From assembly GCF_009914755.1 (NCBI RefSeq), contig NC_060937.1: a stretch of DNA of 64,000 bases. The stretch is one strand, 5' to 3'. The DNA is from the human T2T-CHM13v2.0 reference genome, Homo sapiens. A program made the position numbers and the translations under genes. The notes under the pieces were generated by a model. The model was not told the DNA's origin. It did no database searches and worked only from the letters and a program-made list of their open reading frames with translations. Below are positions 1 through 13,702 of the stretch, piece by piece; positions within the stretch are counted from its first letter, which is position 1; every line of letters starts with the position of its first letter.

Positions 1-365
1 ATATACATCGTGGAATAATACTCAGCCATAAAAAAAGAAAATGAAATAATTTTTGCAGCAACTTGGATGAAACTGGAGGCCATTATTTTAAGTGAATTAA
101 CTCAGGAATGAAAACCCAAATAACATATATTCACATTTAAAAGTGGGAAGTAAGCTATGAGTACACAAAGACATCCAGCCTGTTATCATGGACATTGGAG
201 ACCCAGAAGGAGGAGGATGGGAGGGAAATGAAGGATTTAAAATGAATAATATACGCTAGTGGAGTGATGGGTTTACTGAAATCTCAGATTTCACTAACAG
301 GCAATTCACCCATGTAACCAAAAACCAGCTGCACCCCATGAACTACTGAAATAATAAAAACTATG
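1..365 (+). mobile_element. L1 3' end (L1PB/L1MA-age), cut off by window start
   Basis: ORF2 C-terminal motif 'tactcagccataaaaaa..gaaataat..gcagcaacttggatgaaactggaggccattatt', then 3'UTR 'catgtaaccaaaaacc' and A-rich tail. Confidence 0.85.
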
Positions 366-859
366 AAAGGAAAAAAGAGACAAATAAAGAGAGTCAAACT
401 TTCGGTAATCTTTGTGGTTTTGAATGGTTTTTGTTTTTGAAGGGGTGGCCTTCGATGTTTATTATTCAACCAGTTAAAAGTAGAGTCCAAAATTTTTTAA
501 CCATAATTAATTACAGATATTTTAACTAAAATTTATCTCCTCTCTCTTTCCTTATCACCAACATTTAACCTGTGGATAGTAATAATGTCCTTATTTCAAA
601 AAGTGCCTGAAGTACTATCATTCCTGTAATTTCTAATTCCAAAATTCTAATCTAAATAACATTTCTTGATACTTAGATTATCACCTCTCATCACTAAATC
701 ATTTGTCATCCTCCACCATAAACATTATCAGCCTGGCTTTCATGGGCTTCATTATTTGCCAACTACATGGGTATCTACTGTTTTCTATCTCACAGACACC
801 ATTATCTCCTCTCATGCCTCTGTTCCATGCTTATCTTTCCAAATTTGTGTTTTAAAGTC

Positions 860-1290
860 TTCATTCAGCTAATATTTTTTGAAACCCTTCTATGTGCCAC
901 TTATTGTTTAAGGACATATGTTCAAAGACTAACAAGGCCTCGTTATCCCTAACATCAAATGCTAGTACAAGGTACAGATAGGATAGGATAACAAAACAGC
1001 ATGAGGAATACTGTAGAATCACATTGGAGTCACCTTACCCAGCCTGGGAGTATTATTGATAAATTGATGTAGAGAATATGATTTCCAAGCCGACAGCTGA
1101 AGGGTAAGGAGGCAGTAGTGTGAATATGAGAATAGAGAAATCATCTGCATAACAAGAAGGAACCCTCAGTGAGTATTAGAAGTACAGATGACTGAATGTG
1201 TTAATGTTAATTTTATTCATTCATTCATCTATTCATTCATTCATTAGACTAGTATTGAATGCTGACTAATTACTATGTTCTTAGGAATAG
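860..1290 (-). mobile_element. Degraded L2 fragments
   Basis: (TTCA)n-rich ends at ~860 and ~1215 followed by 'ctatgtgcca'/'tattgaatgct', typical of reverse-complement L2 3' ends. Confidence 0.5.
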
Positions 1291-1918
1291 AATTTAAGCA
1301 TAAAACTTTCCTCTAAGCATGAAAGTGAATTAGAGATTTAGTATAAAGCCCTATCAGAAATACCTGAAGGTACCCAATTTTATAGCTATTTGTAATTTTT
1401 ACATCACATTTCATTTCGATTTTTTGGAAATGTTTTCAGTATGTAACTTTTAATTTTATATCTCATTAACTTCACGCCTTCAACACTGACATACTGGAGA
1501 CTGTTGTATGTTTACCTTCTGCATTTGTATTTGGCCACATTTGTTTTCTAGTCTGTAGTCTACACACATTTATTGGAGTTTGCAATAAGCTTCTTTTCTC
1601 TCATTGTACCAATAGATACTAGTGAGTAAGCAGCCTATTGAAGATGAGTAAGAACATTTGTTTACCTATTTTTTTTTACACTTTCTATTTACTATTTGAC
1701 TTAATAATTTACTACAATAGTTTGCTTAATGTTTTTTAAATCTTATTATTTCTATTCATTTGGGATAAACTGCAGATATCATTAAAGAACGATTTTCACT
1801 TCTACATGCTATTCCCCTACATAAACCTAACACAAATATCTGTAAACTTCCAAAATATTTTCAGCCTCAATAATTTAGACAGGAAATTTTACATCTTACA
1901 GAACTTTTAACTCTATAT

Positions 1919-2532
1919 TGACGTCTGCCTAGTCCCTAGTTCAGCTAGATCCAAGTTCTTGTCCCATGGCCAAGAAGAATAAGGCACACAGACACCAGAA
2001 AGTGAGTAGAGTAGGATTTATTAAGCAGAAGGAAGGTGCTCGGCAAACAGAGGGGTCTTGAAAGCAGGTTGCCAGAAATAGTGCTGAGTTCTTGGTCTTT
2101 TATTTGACAAGAGAAAGGAAGGCTTCCGTGGGTTCTGCCCAGAATGGGATGGTAAACTTCCCTCCTAAGGGTCTTGCACCTGCAAATGTCTGGGGTTGGC
2201 CAGAGTGACTCCATCTTGATTATTTTCCATGAGTACCTAAGTGAAACCCACAGGGGAACTAAAGCCACAATATAATGTCTTATTAATGACATTATAATGA
2301 GCTGGGTCAAGTTCAGGACATTTAGGTGATTTCTTGCACCCACACCTAAGTTGGGACAGTCCCTTCTGAGCAACATCCTGGCATAAGGGAAGTTCTTAAC
2401 CAAGTTTTTTCCTGTTAGCTGCAGAGGAGATGTAGGTGCTGTCCCGCGGGTATTCCTGTGAACATTGCTCTCCTCCCAAGACCATCCCTCTCTATATATT
2501 TAACAAGTCTCTAACTGCCTCCTCTCCCGTCT
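1919..2532 (-). mobile_element. ERV1-class solo LTR (subfamily not assigned)
   Basis: GC-richer block. Minus strand reads 'aataaatcctactctactcactttctggtgtctgtgtgccttattcttcttggccatgggacaagaac', a polyA signal plus U5 similar to the LTR at 45244. No clear TSD. Confidence 0.75.
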
Positions 2533-4224
2533 GTTCTTCAAATGCATTCAACTCTTGTAAGCCACTTTGAAAAATGTATTTAAAAACTGATGATGCTGTA
2601 GCTGTATCAACTTGCTTCTTTTTAAAACAAAATAAAATAAAATTTGATTTGGAAAACTATAGAGTTGGTTTATAGAGACCAATGCAAGATAAAGATAGAA
2701 AATAAACAATATATGCAAATATAAACACACAAACATATGCATATTCAAGTATATTTATAAACACATATACATTAATTTCATGAAAAAACCCAAAAGATAA
2801 TGTAACATTAAGAATTTCAGCAACAGAGTGTAAATTTACATAGTTCATGCAGCCTTCAGAAATTTGTTTTTTCTAAAAAGACCATTTTTTGCACCTTACC
2901 ATGCTTTCTCCTCTTTTTCTTGACATTATACATCAACAATCCTAACTTTAAGTGTTTTCCTTTGTCTGTAAATATTCAATGAAATTTATTACCTTCTTTC
3001 AGTACTAAAACTTATGTTATGAATCCTTAAATTAGGAAAAAGGTATATCCACTTTAACATTAACTCTAAAAATAAATTATTTTTTAAAAATCTTATAATT
3101 GCAACTCTTCTTTAGTGACAGAAATGGTGTACTGAGAGTTTCTGCATATATTTGTAAGCTCCAAATAGGCAAAACACTTATTTATTATTTTATTTTGATT
3201 ATTATTATTAGTGCTCATTTCTGCACTTTTTCATATAGAATATTTTATATTGAACCGTGAAGGCTTTTGCATAAGTGATTTCCTGAAAATTATATATACA
3301 TATATGTAGGCCTTCCTAAAATTTTAATGGCATTCTTGTATTTACAAGTAAAATGTTTTATATATGTAAAAAGCATTATTCTTGACACTTTAAAGAAAAA
3401 TTACTTGCTTTGCAATTTGAAAGCAAAAAGCATACATAATAGACACAAATATAGAAAGTGAAGAAAAGGAGTTTCTGAAATTCAGATAACTTTCTTCAAA
3501 AGAATATATTCTATCCTGAAAATGATTCTTCTAAAGTTTTTTAAAAAATGAGAATATCTATGTGGGTTGTTAAACTAAATGTTATGAAAAATTCTGACTT
3601 TGCGTTTACTAAGACTTATTCAACCTCCTTATAAAAATCAGAAGACAACTTCAATTGTTAAAAAAAAATTCTTCTTTAAATCTACAAAGAAATAATATAT
3701 TTAATCATGCATGTTCTCTCAGAATTACTTCTTAATAACAAAAAATAAAACAGAAAAATTTGCCATACAAATGTAGAAGACCTACTTAAATAGGAAAACC
3801 AATTTTATAAATAGCATATATTAGAGCCCTTGGGATTAGCTTATTATTACAGATATGTGTTATAGAAGTATCTATAACATGACAATAAATTACTTTTCAA
3901 TGTCAAAAATACCAAAACTTTTTCAAAACCTATTATTTTCAACTTTGTTTAGATTTAGTGATATTTTTGTTGAAAGAGTTATAATTTATTTTCTATATTC
4001 TTGCTTAATTAAAGGGACATAACAATCCATGGGCATGCTTTCGCATTCATAATCACATATTAATTGTAATGCTGTTTTTTCTTCATTTTTTCTGTGAAGA
4101 CTTTTTTCTAGGAACCTCTGATTTTTATTTCTACATTAAGCCAATTGATTTCTGAGCTTGCATAACAACTGTAATATTAGGTTCTTATTCTATTGCACTC
4201 TGGGTTTACTTCTAACATTTTTTT

Positions 4225-5500
4225 TAAAAGAAACAATTCTTTGAAATATAAATTGCTTATGGTAGAAGCATTTTAACTGTAAAAATTTATGGATTTTGAC
4301 GAACATGTTTAAAAACTATCACACTCATTATATTGAACATTTCCATCACCCAAAAAGCTCCTGGAAGCCAATTTTCCATTTCTCCTTTCAGAAAAAAATA
4401 CCGATTTGATTTATATCACATTAGATTAGTTACCTATTTTTTTAAATCCTATAAATCAAATTGTAGTTGTATATTTATATACTATTTCAGGGATTAATTC
4501 ATATCAATGTTATATCAGTAGTTGTTTTTTCAAATTTGAATGTCTTTGTAATATTCCATTTTCTGTGTATAATAAAATGTGTTCATTTACTCTATTGTTT
4601 ATAGATATTTAGATTGTTTTAAATTTGTAGCTGTTAATAGTAAAGCTACTGACATGGTTTAGCAGTGCCCCCACCCAAATCTCATCTTGAATTCCCACAT
4701 GTTGTGAGAGGTACCTGGTGGGCAGTGATTGAATCATGGGGGCAGGTCTTTCCCATGCTATTCTCATGATAGTGAATAAGTTTCATGAGATCTGATGATT
4801 TTAAAATGGGGAGTTTTCCTGCACAAGCTCTATTCTCATGTCTGCCACCATGAGAAGGTGGCTTTCACCTTCTGCCATGATTGTGAGCCCTCCCCAGACA
4901 CATGGAACTGTAAGTCCAATAGACGTCTTGCTTTTGTAAATTGCCCAGTCTTGGGTACATCATTATCACCAGCCTGAAAATGGACTAATACAGCTACTAT
5001 GATCTATCTTGTACTTTTTTGCTAGCATATGTTTTTATTTATCTTGATTAAATATTAGTGGAATTGCTAAAGCATATGGCATGTATTTCTATATATTTAC
5101 AATAAACTATCAAACACCTTTCCAAATTGTGCAATTTTATGTTTATCCCAGCAATGTATGAATGCTCCAGTTGTTTCACCTTCCCACCAAGACTTGCTAT
5201 TATCCATTTTTTTAGTTTTAGCCATTATGGTGGGTGGGTAGAGGTATCTTATTCTGATTTTAACATACATTTGTGTTGGCGTTATGATAAAATACTGGCC
5301 AATTTTTCATAAGCATATTGTGTATATATATATCTACTTGTATTAGAAGGCTGGATACAAATGCTTGGTCATGTTTATTTATGGTAAATTATTCCAGTGT
5401 GATTTGAATTTTCATTATCCTTTAAAGTGGAGGTTTTTGAGGAACAACAGTTCTAATTTTAAGGAAGTCTAATTCATCTGTTTTTATCCTTCTTTGACAG
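4225..5500 (-). mobile_element. Old L1M 3' region, interrupted by THE1 LTR
   Basis: Antisense L1 3'UTR/ORF2 motifs 'gaacatttccatcacccaaaaag', 'ccttccaaattgtgcaattttatgtttatcccagcaatgtatgaatgctccagtt'. Confidence 0.7.
4650..4992 (+). mobile_element. THE1 (THE1A-like) MaLR solo LTR
   Basis: TG..CA termini, 'ccacccaaatctcatcttgaattcccac'...'ggactaataca', perfect 5-bp TSD gctac at 4645-4649 and 4993-4997. Confidence 0.95.
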
Positions 5501-5519
5501 TGATTTTAATGTGTTTCTG

Positions 5520-5660
5520 CATGCATAAGTATTTGTGTATATGTATACATGTATATATGTATGTACATATACACAAATACATAAATACACATGTGTATAT
5601 GTGTATATATATACACATACATATATATTTTTATATGTGTGTGTGTGCTTGTGTGTATGT
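5520..5660. repeat. Degenerate TA/CA/TG microsatellite
   Basis: Alternating purine-pyrimidine run visible in the sequence. Confidence 0.85.
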
Positions 5661-6039
5661 TATGCTTTACTGGTTTAGTCTCCATTCACTAAGCACTTGT
5701 TTAATTTGAAAGGTGTTTTTCTTATCACACAGTAAATTGGCCTCAGCATTTCAAACAATATATAAGAACCCACCTCAACTTATTCTTCTGTAAAGTGAGA
5801 ATGATGAGAATCTTTATTTTACATGAATTTTGGCATTATGAATTTTTATAAATTGTTTCAAAATGACCTGGTACATCATAAGCACTGAATAAACGTTAAT
5901 TATTATTTTTTCCAAACTAGCCAAAAATTCTTATATTATTCTTATATTGGAATTTTTTAGCACAAGTGTTTATTATAGTTAGCTGACAGACTAGTAACAT
6001 TGACCATAAAAAAAGTCAACTAATAGACCAATGTGAATC

Positions 6040-7399
6040 ACTTCTTATAACAAATCTAACGAAGCACGGGTAATATATACGTGCTGAAAACTGTAAGATA
6101 TTAATGAAAGAAATTCAAAAAGACAACGGAGGAGCCAAACTGTTTTCATAAAACAGAAGACTCAAACATTTTTAAACTCAGTATTTTTCAAGATGTTAAT
6201 TTTCCTCAAATTGATTTAGTTTCCATGCCATTCCAGTAAAAGTTATAATAGTTTTATTTTTAAATAGAAATTGGCAAATTCTAATATTTATAGGTAAAAT
6301 TCAAAGAGGTAGATTAACCAAAGAGTTTTGAAAAAGAAAAAAATTGAAGAACTCACAAACTTAACATTATGATTTACTTGTATATAAAACAAGAGAATAA
6401 TCAAGGCAGTTTAGTATTGGCATAAAGATAAATGTGTAGAAAATTGAACAGAATAGTTTAAAAATACTGTCAGACATATAACTGATTGATTTATTGAGCA
6501 AAAGTACACAGGTAAAGCAACTGGGAAAAATATGATTTTTTCAAGACTTGTAGAAAAATGACGTCTTGAGCGAAAATAATGAATACATATCAGCTTTTAC
6601 CACAGATTGCTAAAAAATAGCCAAATTATAGACTTAAATAAAAAACATAAAATAAAAATAATTGAAAGAAAAAAGAGGTGATAATTATTGTGACATTGAG
6701 TCATATAAGGATTTTTTAGATAAGACAAAGTACAATAGGTAAAATAACAAAACAATATATTAACCTCATCAAATTTTAAAAAGTCTGTTCTTTGAAACCA
6801 CTTTTAGGAAAAAAAGATAAAAAGCTGACAGAGTGAACATATTTCTAAAACATATACCTCATATAGGATTCATATGCAGGATTTTATAAGTTCTTACAAT
6901 AAAATAAGACAAAAAACCCAGTTTTTAAAAATTAGGCAAAAGATTTAAACAGACAATTCACCAAAGAAAAATAGGTGTCAAATAGCACATGAATAGATGT
7001 GGAAAACACTTAGATATTAGCTAAATAAAAATTTAAATTATAATGAGACACCATCATGCATCCACTAGGGTAAGATCAACAAGAACAAGGACAACAGCAA
7101 AAATTACAATAAAGTCTAACAATACAAAATACTAATGAAAAAGCAAAACTAAGTAAAATTTCATATGTTGCTGGTAGGAAAATAGCTTCTTAGAAGAAAA
7201 TTGGTTGTTTCTTATAAAGTTAACCCACATATAACGTAAGAACATGAAATGTGACTGCAAGGTATTTCTTTCCAAGAAAACTGAGTGTATGTTTCCAAAA
7301 CAAAGAACTGTATATGAGTGGCATCCCTATTTATAATAATAAAACATAGAAACGATAAAAATTTCCATCAACTGGGAATTGATGAAAACATTCTGGAAC

Positions 7400-7455
<56 letters not shown>

Positions 7456-7830
7456 AATATGTTGCAGGACTATAGAGGAAGAAACTACTATATCAAGCAA
7501 CTTAGATTAATCTTAAAAATATTACTCTAAGTGAAAGGAACTAAGTATGGAGAAGTCTATACCATATGATTCCATTTGTTTTACAATATGGGAAATAAAA
7601 AATTATAGGTACAAAATCATACATATGGTTGCCATGAATTAGAAATGGGAAGAGAAATTTGTTACAAAGATGCATGAGATAACTTTCTGGATTGATAAAA
7701 ATACTGTATATCCCAATGGTGGTGGTAGTTTCGTGTCTATAAATATTTGCAAAAACACAGTGATCTATGCACCTATAAAGGGTGAAGTTTACTGTATGTA
7801 CATTACACCTTGGTAAATCTGATTTAAAGT
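6040..7830 (+). mobile_element. Old L1M, 3' ORF2 plus 3'UTR
   Basis: 'gaaaactgtaagatattaatgaaagaaatt', 'ggcaaaagatttaaacagacaattcaccaaagaa', 'atgattccattt', end 'ctgtatgtacattacacct'. Confidence 0.8.
7400..7452. repeat. Compound (TA)n(GA)n microsatellite
   Basis: Visible directly. Confidence 0.95.
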
Positions 7831-8131
7831 AATTAAAGTGAATTACAGACATCATTTGGCAAACTAATTTAAGAGACATCATCTCCAGTAGACTTGACTG
7901 AATTTTAATTTTCAATAGACTAAATGAATACAAGTTGGAAGTAAAGCTTTCATTCAACAGAAAATGAGGAATGTGATAAGTGTAAATACGTAAGTGCAGT
8001 ATTTATAAATAAATATTTATAATAAATACATTTAACTTATAATAAATGTATTTATTATACATAAATATTTTAAACAAAACAAATTAGAATTTCTGAGATA
8101 ATTTTAAAAATAAATATTTTCTGAAATTTTG

Positions 8132-8298
8132 GGAAATGCAGTATTTGGGCAGGAAAACAAAAATGCCTGTTCTCACCTAGGTCCGTGAGGGTGAAGACCT
8201 AGCCAGGCACCATGCCCTCCTCTACCCAGCACTTCCCATCCCCCATTCCATATCATTCAAAGGGACCACTTTCTTCCCTTCCCAGCACTCCCATATCA
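8132..8298 (+). mobile_element. ERV1 LTR terminal fragment, MER52-like
   Basis: 'gggcaggaaaaca..aatgcctgttctcacctaggtccgtg...ctctacccagcacttcc...tatca', with a duplicated 'cccagcact..catatca' end as I recall for MER52. Confidence 0.6.
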
Positions 8299-9544
8299 AT
8301 GGGAGTTAGCACTCTCATGTGTCTCCTGAAACTAATACTTTGGCCAAAAAAAATCATTATTTTATACAATGCATAGTTCTACATATTGAGAATAAATTAA
8401 GATCATGATAAACAAATACTCTGAGATAAAACTAGTTGAATCCGGTGTATTTTAGATAAAGATCTGGAAAAAATGAACTTGAAACCAATAAGAGTTCAAG
8501 AGTGGTTTTTGATGCATGATTTGAAAAGAAAAAAGATGTTTCAAATGTAGGACCAGACTTGCATTGATTCTTTTGTTGCTTTTGGTCCTATTCCAGTAAC
8601 ACATTAATGTGCATATCAATATCTCTGCTGGGAAGCAAGCATCATTTATTTTCTATTTTCTCGTATCCTGCATCTGCCTATTCCCCATCATTAAAAAAAA
8701 ACATTATTTTAATCTTCTTCTACAGTTGCTAAAGACTCTTATGGATCTGTTTTCAAATTAAAAACAACATAGGTTTTAGTACTATTCAAGTAAAAAATCC
8801 TTAAAATTTGTAAATCATCGTTATTGGTTTAGGTTTACATATTCTATTATCTCTGAAACCTCAAAATAGCCTTAAGAGATATTCAATTTCCTATCAAAAA
8901 TATTCACACTTTTCTCTGTCCTGACACACCAAGTTATAGCCCTTGATTTGGGTATTAATTAAAGGTTAAGTTGATGTTAGAAACAGTCGCCCCCTCTTTC
9001 TACTCCTCCTCCCCACTCCTTTTACGGTATCAAGTAAAGAATTATATAAAACTGAGCTTATTTGGGCTGAATGGAGTTTTATAATTAACTAGTAGTATGT
9101 CCTGAGGCATGAATTTTGGAAGAATGATCCAAATTGTTAACCATAAGTGGAGTAAATGACCTAAAAAAGGACTAACACCGAAAATGTCCTAAGCATTCAG
9201 GATCATCTGGTCACCCAAAACCATAACTACAATGGAATGATCTAGACAGCAAGGTCACAGGCATAATTCATGGAGTCAGTTAAAGATGTAGTGCTGGAGT
9301 AGTTCTTATAAGCACCTTAGTTTTGAAGTGCTATAAACTTCAATTATTTCTTAACTTACATGAAGTGCTTATATACTTCATACAAGTTAAGAAATAATTG
9401 AAAACAGAATTTTGTAAGGGTTAAGTGTATGTTTAACATTCACTTGAGGGACCTAAATATCGGTTGCTCCTACTGGCACAAAATATTGAAATAATTGCCA
9501 GTGATTGGCGGTGCAGCAGGCACATTTAAATTACAATCATGAAT

Positions 9545-9683
9545 GGGCGCGGTGGCTCACGCCTGTAATCCCAGCACTTTGGCAGGCCGAGCTGGGAGGA
9601 TCACTTGAGCTCAGGAGTTCGAGGCCAGCCTGGGCAGGACGGTGAGACCCTGACTCTACAAAACTAAATAAATAAGGAAGCAG
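9545..9683 (+). mobile_element. Monomeric Alu (FLAM_C-like)
   Basis: Single left-arm monomer with A-rich tail; direct repeat taaattacaatcatgaat at 9527-9544 and 9684-9701. Confidence 0.9.
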
Positions 9684-10384
9684 TAAATTACAATCATGAA
9701 TAAATCATCTGTCACATATTCTCCTTTTCATTCACCAAAACCTTGTGAAGTTAACAAACACAGTCTCTGTTTCATAACCTTATTTTATGAAAAAATAGGG
9801 CTTATAGTTTATCCAATTTATGTCCTAGCTTCTTAGGGCTTTATTTAGTAAGTCTTTATGCCAGCTTCTCTGTTCCTATAGGAGACATCATGTTTTTTTA
9901 AGCTGCTTACTCCTCTTTTGTATGCATTTTGTAACGCTTGAAGTAGTTTGTTCCTTTTCTTTCTTTTGCTTAATGAAGCAAAAAGTATCACAAATACAAC
10001 TGACTCAGTTATATATAAGACAATCCTTTTTTTTTCCGCAAGGAAATCTCAGCAAACTGGCAAGTACAGAGAAGGAGGAAATCTACATGGTTGCTAGAGG
10101 TTCTCAAAAGGGATTATAGAGACTATAGAGGGGAATCCTTCAAATCATCCTGATATGTGTGGTCACAAAGGAAAAAATTATAAAGAATTAATTTAAGACT
10201 TCATCTTAGGTGATTTCTTAGACATAGCATAGCAAAAAAGGATATTCAGAGAGTGGAACAACACAGTGACACAGCATAAAATACTCAAGAAGCTGTCACA
10301 TATCAGTCAATTACTAATTGTTATTATTTCTTTTAGAAATCTGTGGGAATGTGACTCAAATTGTAAGCAAGGGGCAATAAAGAT

Positions 10385-10980
10385 AATTCATTTTCATCAA
10401 CATTGATTATATCATGTCTGTGTCACACACTGTGCCTCTACTAAGAACATGTGAGCAAACCTGATAGACATGTTCCTGTCCTCATTGAGTTTACCATCAA
10501 AGTAGCAAAGGATGGGAATATAGGCACATGACAGGTATTAAACAGTTAATCATAAAAATGTGATGCAAGTACATAAAACTCTGATATACAAAGATAAGTT
10601 GGCATTTTGGTAGCAGTTCGAAGGCCAAAATGTTGCTTTTTTCTTTTTTTGGATGAGATGAGATACCTTTAAATTCTATATATTGTGCTTGGGAGTCTAT
10701 TGTGTACTTATTGTATATACAGAGTTGCTCAGAGGTGCATGATACACATGAGAGATGTAGAATTAAAAGTTTAGAAAGTCATTTTTAAAAAGGTGGTGGT
10801 AACAAAAGCATGGAGAACAATTAGAACAAAGGTAAAAACACCATTTAGGAGAAAACGCTACACAATAGACAAGTTAAAAAGACCAAATCCAAGCCACTTG
10901 CAGTAGTGACAAAGAGGAGTGGACTGATTTGAGACAGTGTTTAGAAGTAGAATTAATGTAACTTATATCAAGGTAGCATA
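10385..10980 (-). mobile_element. Degraded L2
   Basis: 'ttcattttcatcaacattgatt...cctgtcctcattgagtttacc', 'ggactgatttgagacagtgtttagaagtagaattaa'. Confidence 0.5.
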
Positions 10981-11029
10981 GATTTTATTTTTGATGTGCT
11001 TGGCTTTGTTTAAAATGAAAGCAGTCAAC

Positions 11030-11535
11030 ACTATCCCGGGTAGAGAGAAATGGACACTGCTGGAGGCTGTAGAAATTGTCACATCTCTTTTGGGAAACAA
11101 GCTGGTAATATGTATGAAGAGTTCTCGAATTACTCATGCTCTTGACAGTTATTCTACTTTTGGGAATCTAACATATAGAAATAAATGAGAATAAAAGAAA
11201 AGTGTCTTGCATAAAGAAGTTCAATAAAACATTATTTATAATCATAAAATAAATGAAAGCTGTCTACATATTCAGTGCAAGGGAGGTAGTTAAATAAATT
11301 ATTATGTGGAGTTTAAAAATCTTACACGTTAAATAACATAAATCTAACATGAAATTAAGTGTCCTATGAACTAAGCGTCACTAAGGATTATACTTAGTGA
11401 AAATATATGTAGGAAAAACAGGACTATCAGAAGCATGTTTTTAATCCTAAATGATACGATTATTTTATATTTTTCTTCATTTTCAAGATATTTTAATGTA
11501 AACATGTATTCTGCTTATAACCAGAGATTAATGAA
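11030..11535 (+). mobile_element. Ancient L1ME 3' remnant
   Basis: 'ttctacttttgggaatctaacatatagaaataa', 'cattatttataatcataaaa', end 'aaacatgtattctgcttataa'. Confidence 0.55.
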
Positions 11536-11771
11536 ATTATCATTCTTAGAATGTGGTGACCCATTTTCTATAGTGGTAAGAAATAAAATTAAAATTGATA
11601 GTAATAACTTCTACCAGATTTCTGGCTTTCTGTCTTGACATAAATACTATGAAGCAGATTATATTCTGAAGGAAAAATTGTGCATAAATTTGGATTTCTG
11701 AATCAAGGAGGCTATGAAAACTTTAAAGGGACACCAGAAAAACATTACAATGAGGTCTAGAAACTGAGAAA

Positions 11772-11772
<1 letters not shown>

Positions 11773-11812
<40 letters not shown>
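11773..11812. repeat. (CA)20 microsatellite
   Basis: Perfect dinucleotide run. Confidence 0.98.
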
Positions 11813-11815
<3 letters not shown>

Positions 11816-12529
11816 CCCAAAGCCATGCCTTAAGATAAAATGGCTAAAGTAGCATTTGCACAGTGAAATTCTGGATGGTATAAAAATCAATAGGCAAATA
11901 AAGGAAACAATAGAAAAGAGAAGACTGGGCCATAGAGATGAAAAGGTAATCATTTAACATATTTATATACCTATCAATCCACCAATTTTTCATTTAACAT
12001 ATATTTATTATGAAATTATATGTCAAGGATTAGTATAGATTCAGTAATACAAAAAAAAATTTATATGCCTCAAGGGGAGTACTGTGGAGCTGGGGAGCAG
12101 AAACACAAGCGGACTTCGCAATGCAGTTAATAGGTGAAGGCTGTGCAGAACCACCAGGGAGAAGAAAAAGGGAAGTGAAGAGAGAAAAGGACTTCAGAAT
12201 GCAAATAAAATTATCAAAAGGGTCAGTGTTTATGAATTCACTATTTCATGTATCAGAATGCATCTAATGGCTTACTGGAACACAGTTGTTGAGGTAGATA
12301 TTGTCCTTCAATTGGAATGATGGACAGAAGAGTGTGACAGAGTGTAAAAGAGTGAAGAGGATGTGAAGACCGAATGGGTGTGGCAGTGCCATTAGAGAAG
12401 GGCTGAAGATAAACAAGAGGTGACCAAGCTGGGGAAGAGAAAATGTAGAGTATTCAGAGGAAACTAGAAATCTTAACCTAAAAGACAGACTAATTGTTCA
12501 CTATACTTGAAGACTGTAAGAATATAAAA

Positions 12530-12667
12530 AGTTGAAAAATTACTAATTGAGTATAATTTCACTATTAAGTGATGAGTACACTGAAAGCCCAGGCTTCACC
12601 TCTATGCAATCTATGCATGTAAGAAATCTGTATTTGTACCCCTCAAATATATAAAATTTTAAAAATT
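12530..12667 (+). mobile_element. Short L1PB-like 3' end
   Basis: 'gtgatgagtacactgaaagcccaggcttcacc..atgcaat..atgcatgtaagaaatctg..tttgtaccc'. Confidence 0.8.
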
Positions 12668-13006
<339 letters not shown>

Positions 13007-13702
13007 TAAAAGTGTTTCCATAACAGCAATAATCTAGGGAATTGATGCTTTTTGTCTCTTTGAGGCAACTTGGATAAAAATGATTGATACCAGAACCAAG
13101 AAAGAATATTGAAAACAAATTTCAAAAGTTAAACATCCGAAGTAGACTCTTAGAAGAATGAAGTAAATGATGAAAACTAGCTAGGAATGTTCTTGAGTGA
13201 TCGATCACAGTATATGTGGAGAGATACAAATTCACATAAATACGATTTTGTCTAATTATTCTCAGCAGTTCATTTTTCAATATGGAGCAAACCTACTACA
13301 GGACTAATTTGCGGCAAAAGTTTTTACACATATAGAAGCCAAATTGAAATACGAATATTATAAGGTAAAAAATGTATTTAGTCACTTAAAATAGTCTATA
13401 CAAAGACAAATAGCTTACTGGAAGCTGGAAGTGTTCAGATATATTCACAATTTTCCACTTTTATTATGATGGAGTAACTTGAGGAAGAACAACGTTTCTT
13501 CCAAGAAACACTATAAAAGCCAGTTAATATATAAATCAAAACGAAACCAAACAAAATAGAAACAAAAAACAACAATTCTGAGCATAGGTTTTGGAGTATT
13601 GCTGAGGCAAATAGAAACTGAAGAGAAAAAGACCCCAGTGGGAAGGATGGAGCAGAGAAGTAAGCCAATACTTTTAAGCCACCTTTTCTCCCTATATGAA
13701 TT

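Noticed and set aside
1945-2403. 152-aa ORF on the minus strand
   Set aside because: It lies wholly within an LTR, has a non-ATG start and shows no recognisable domain
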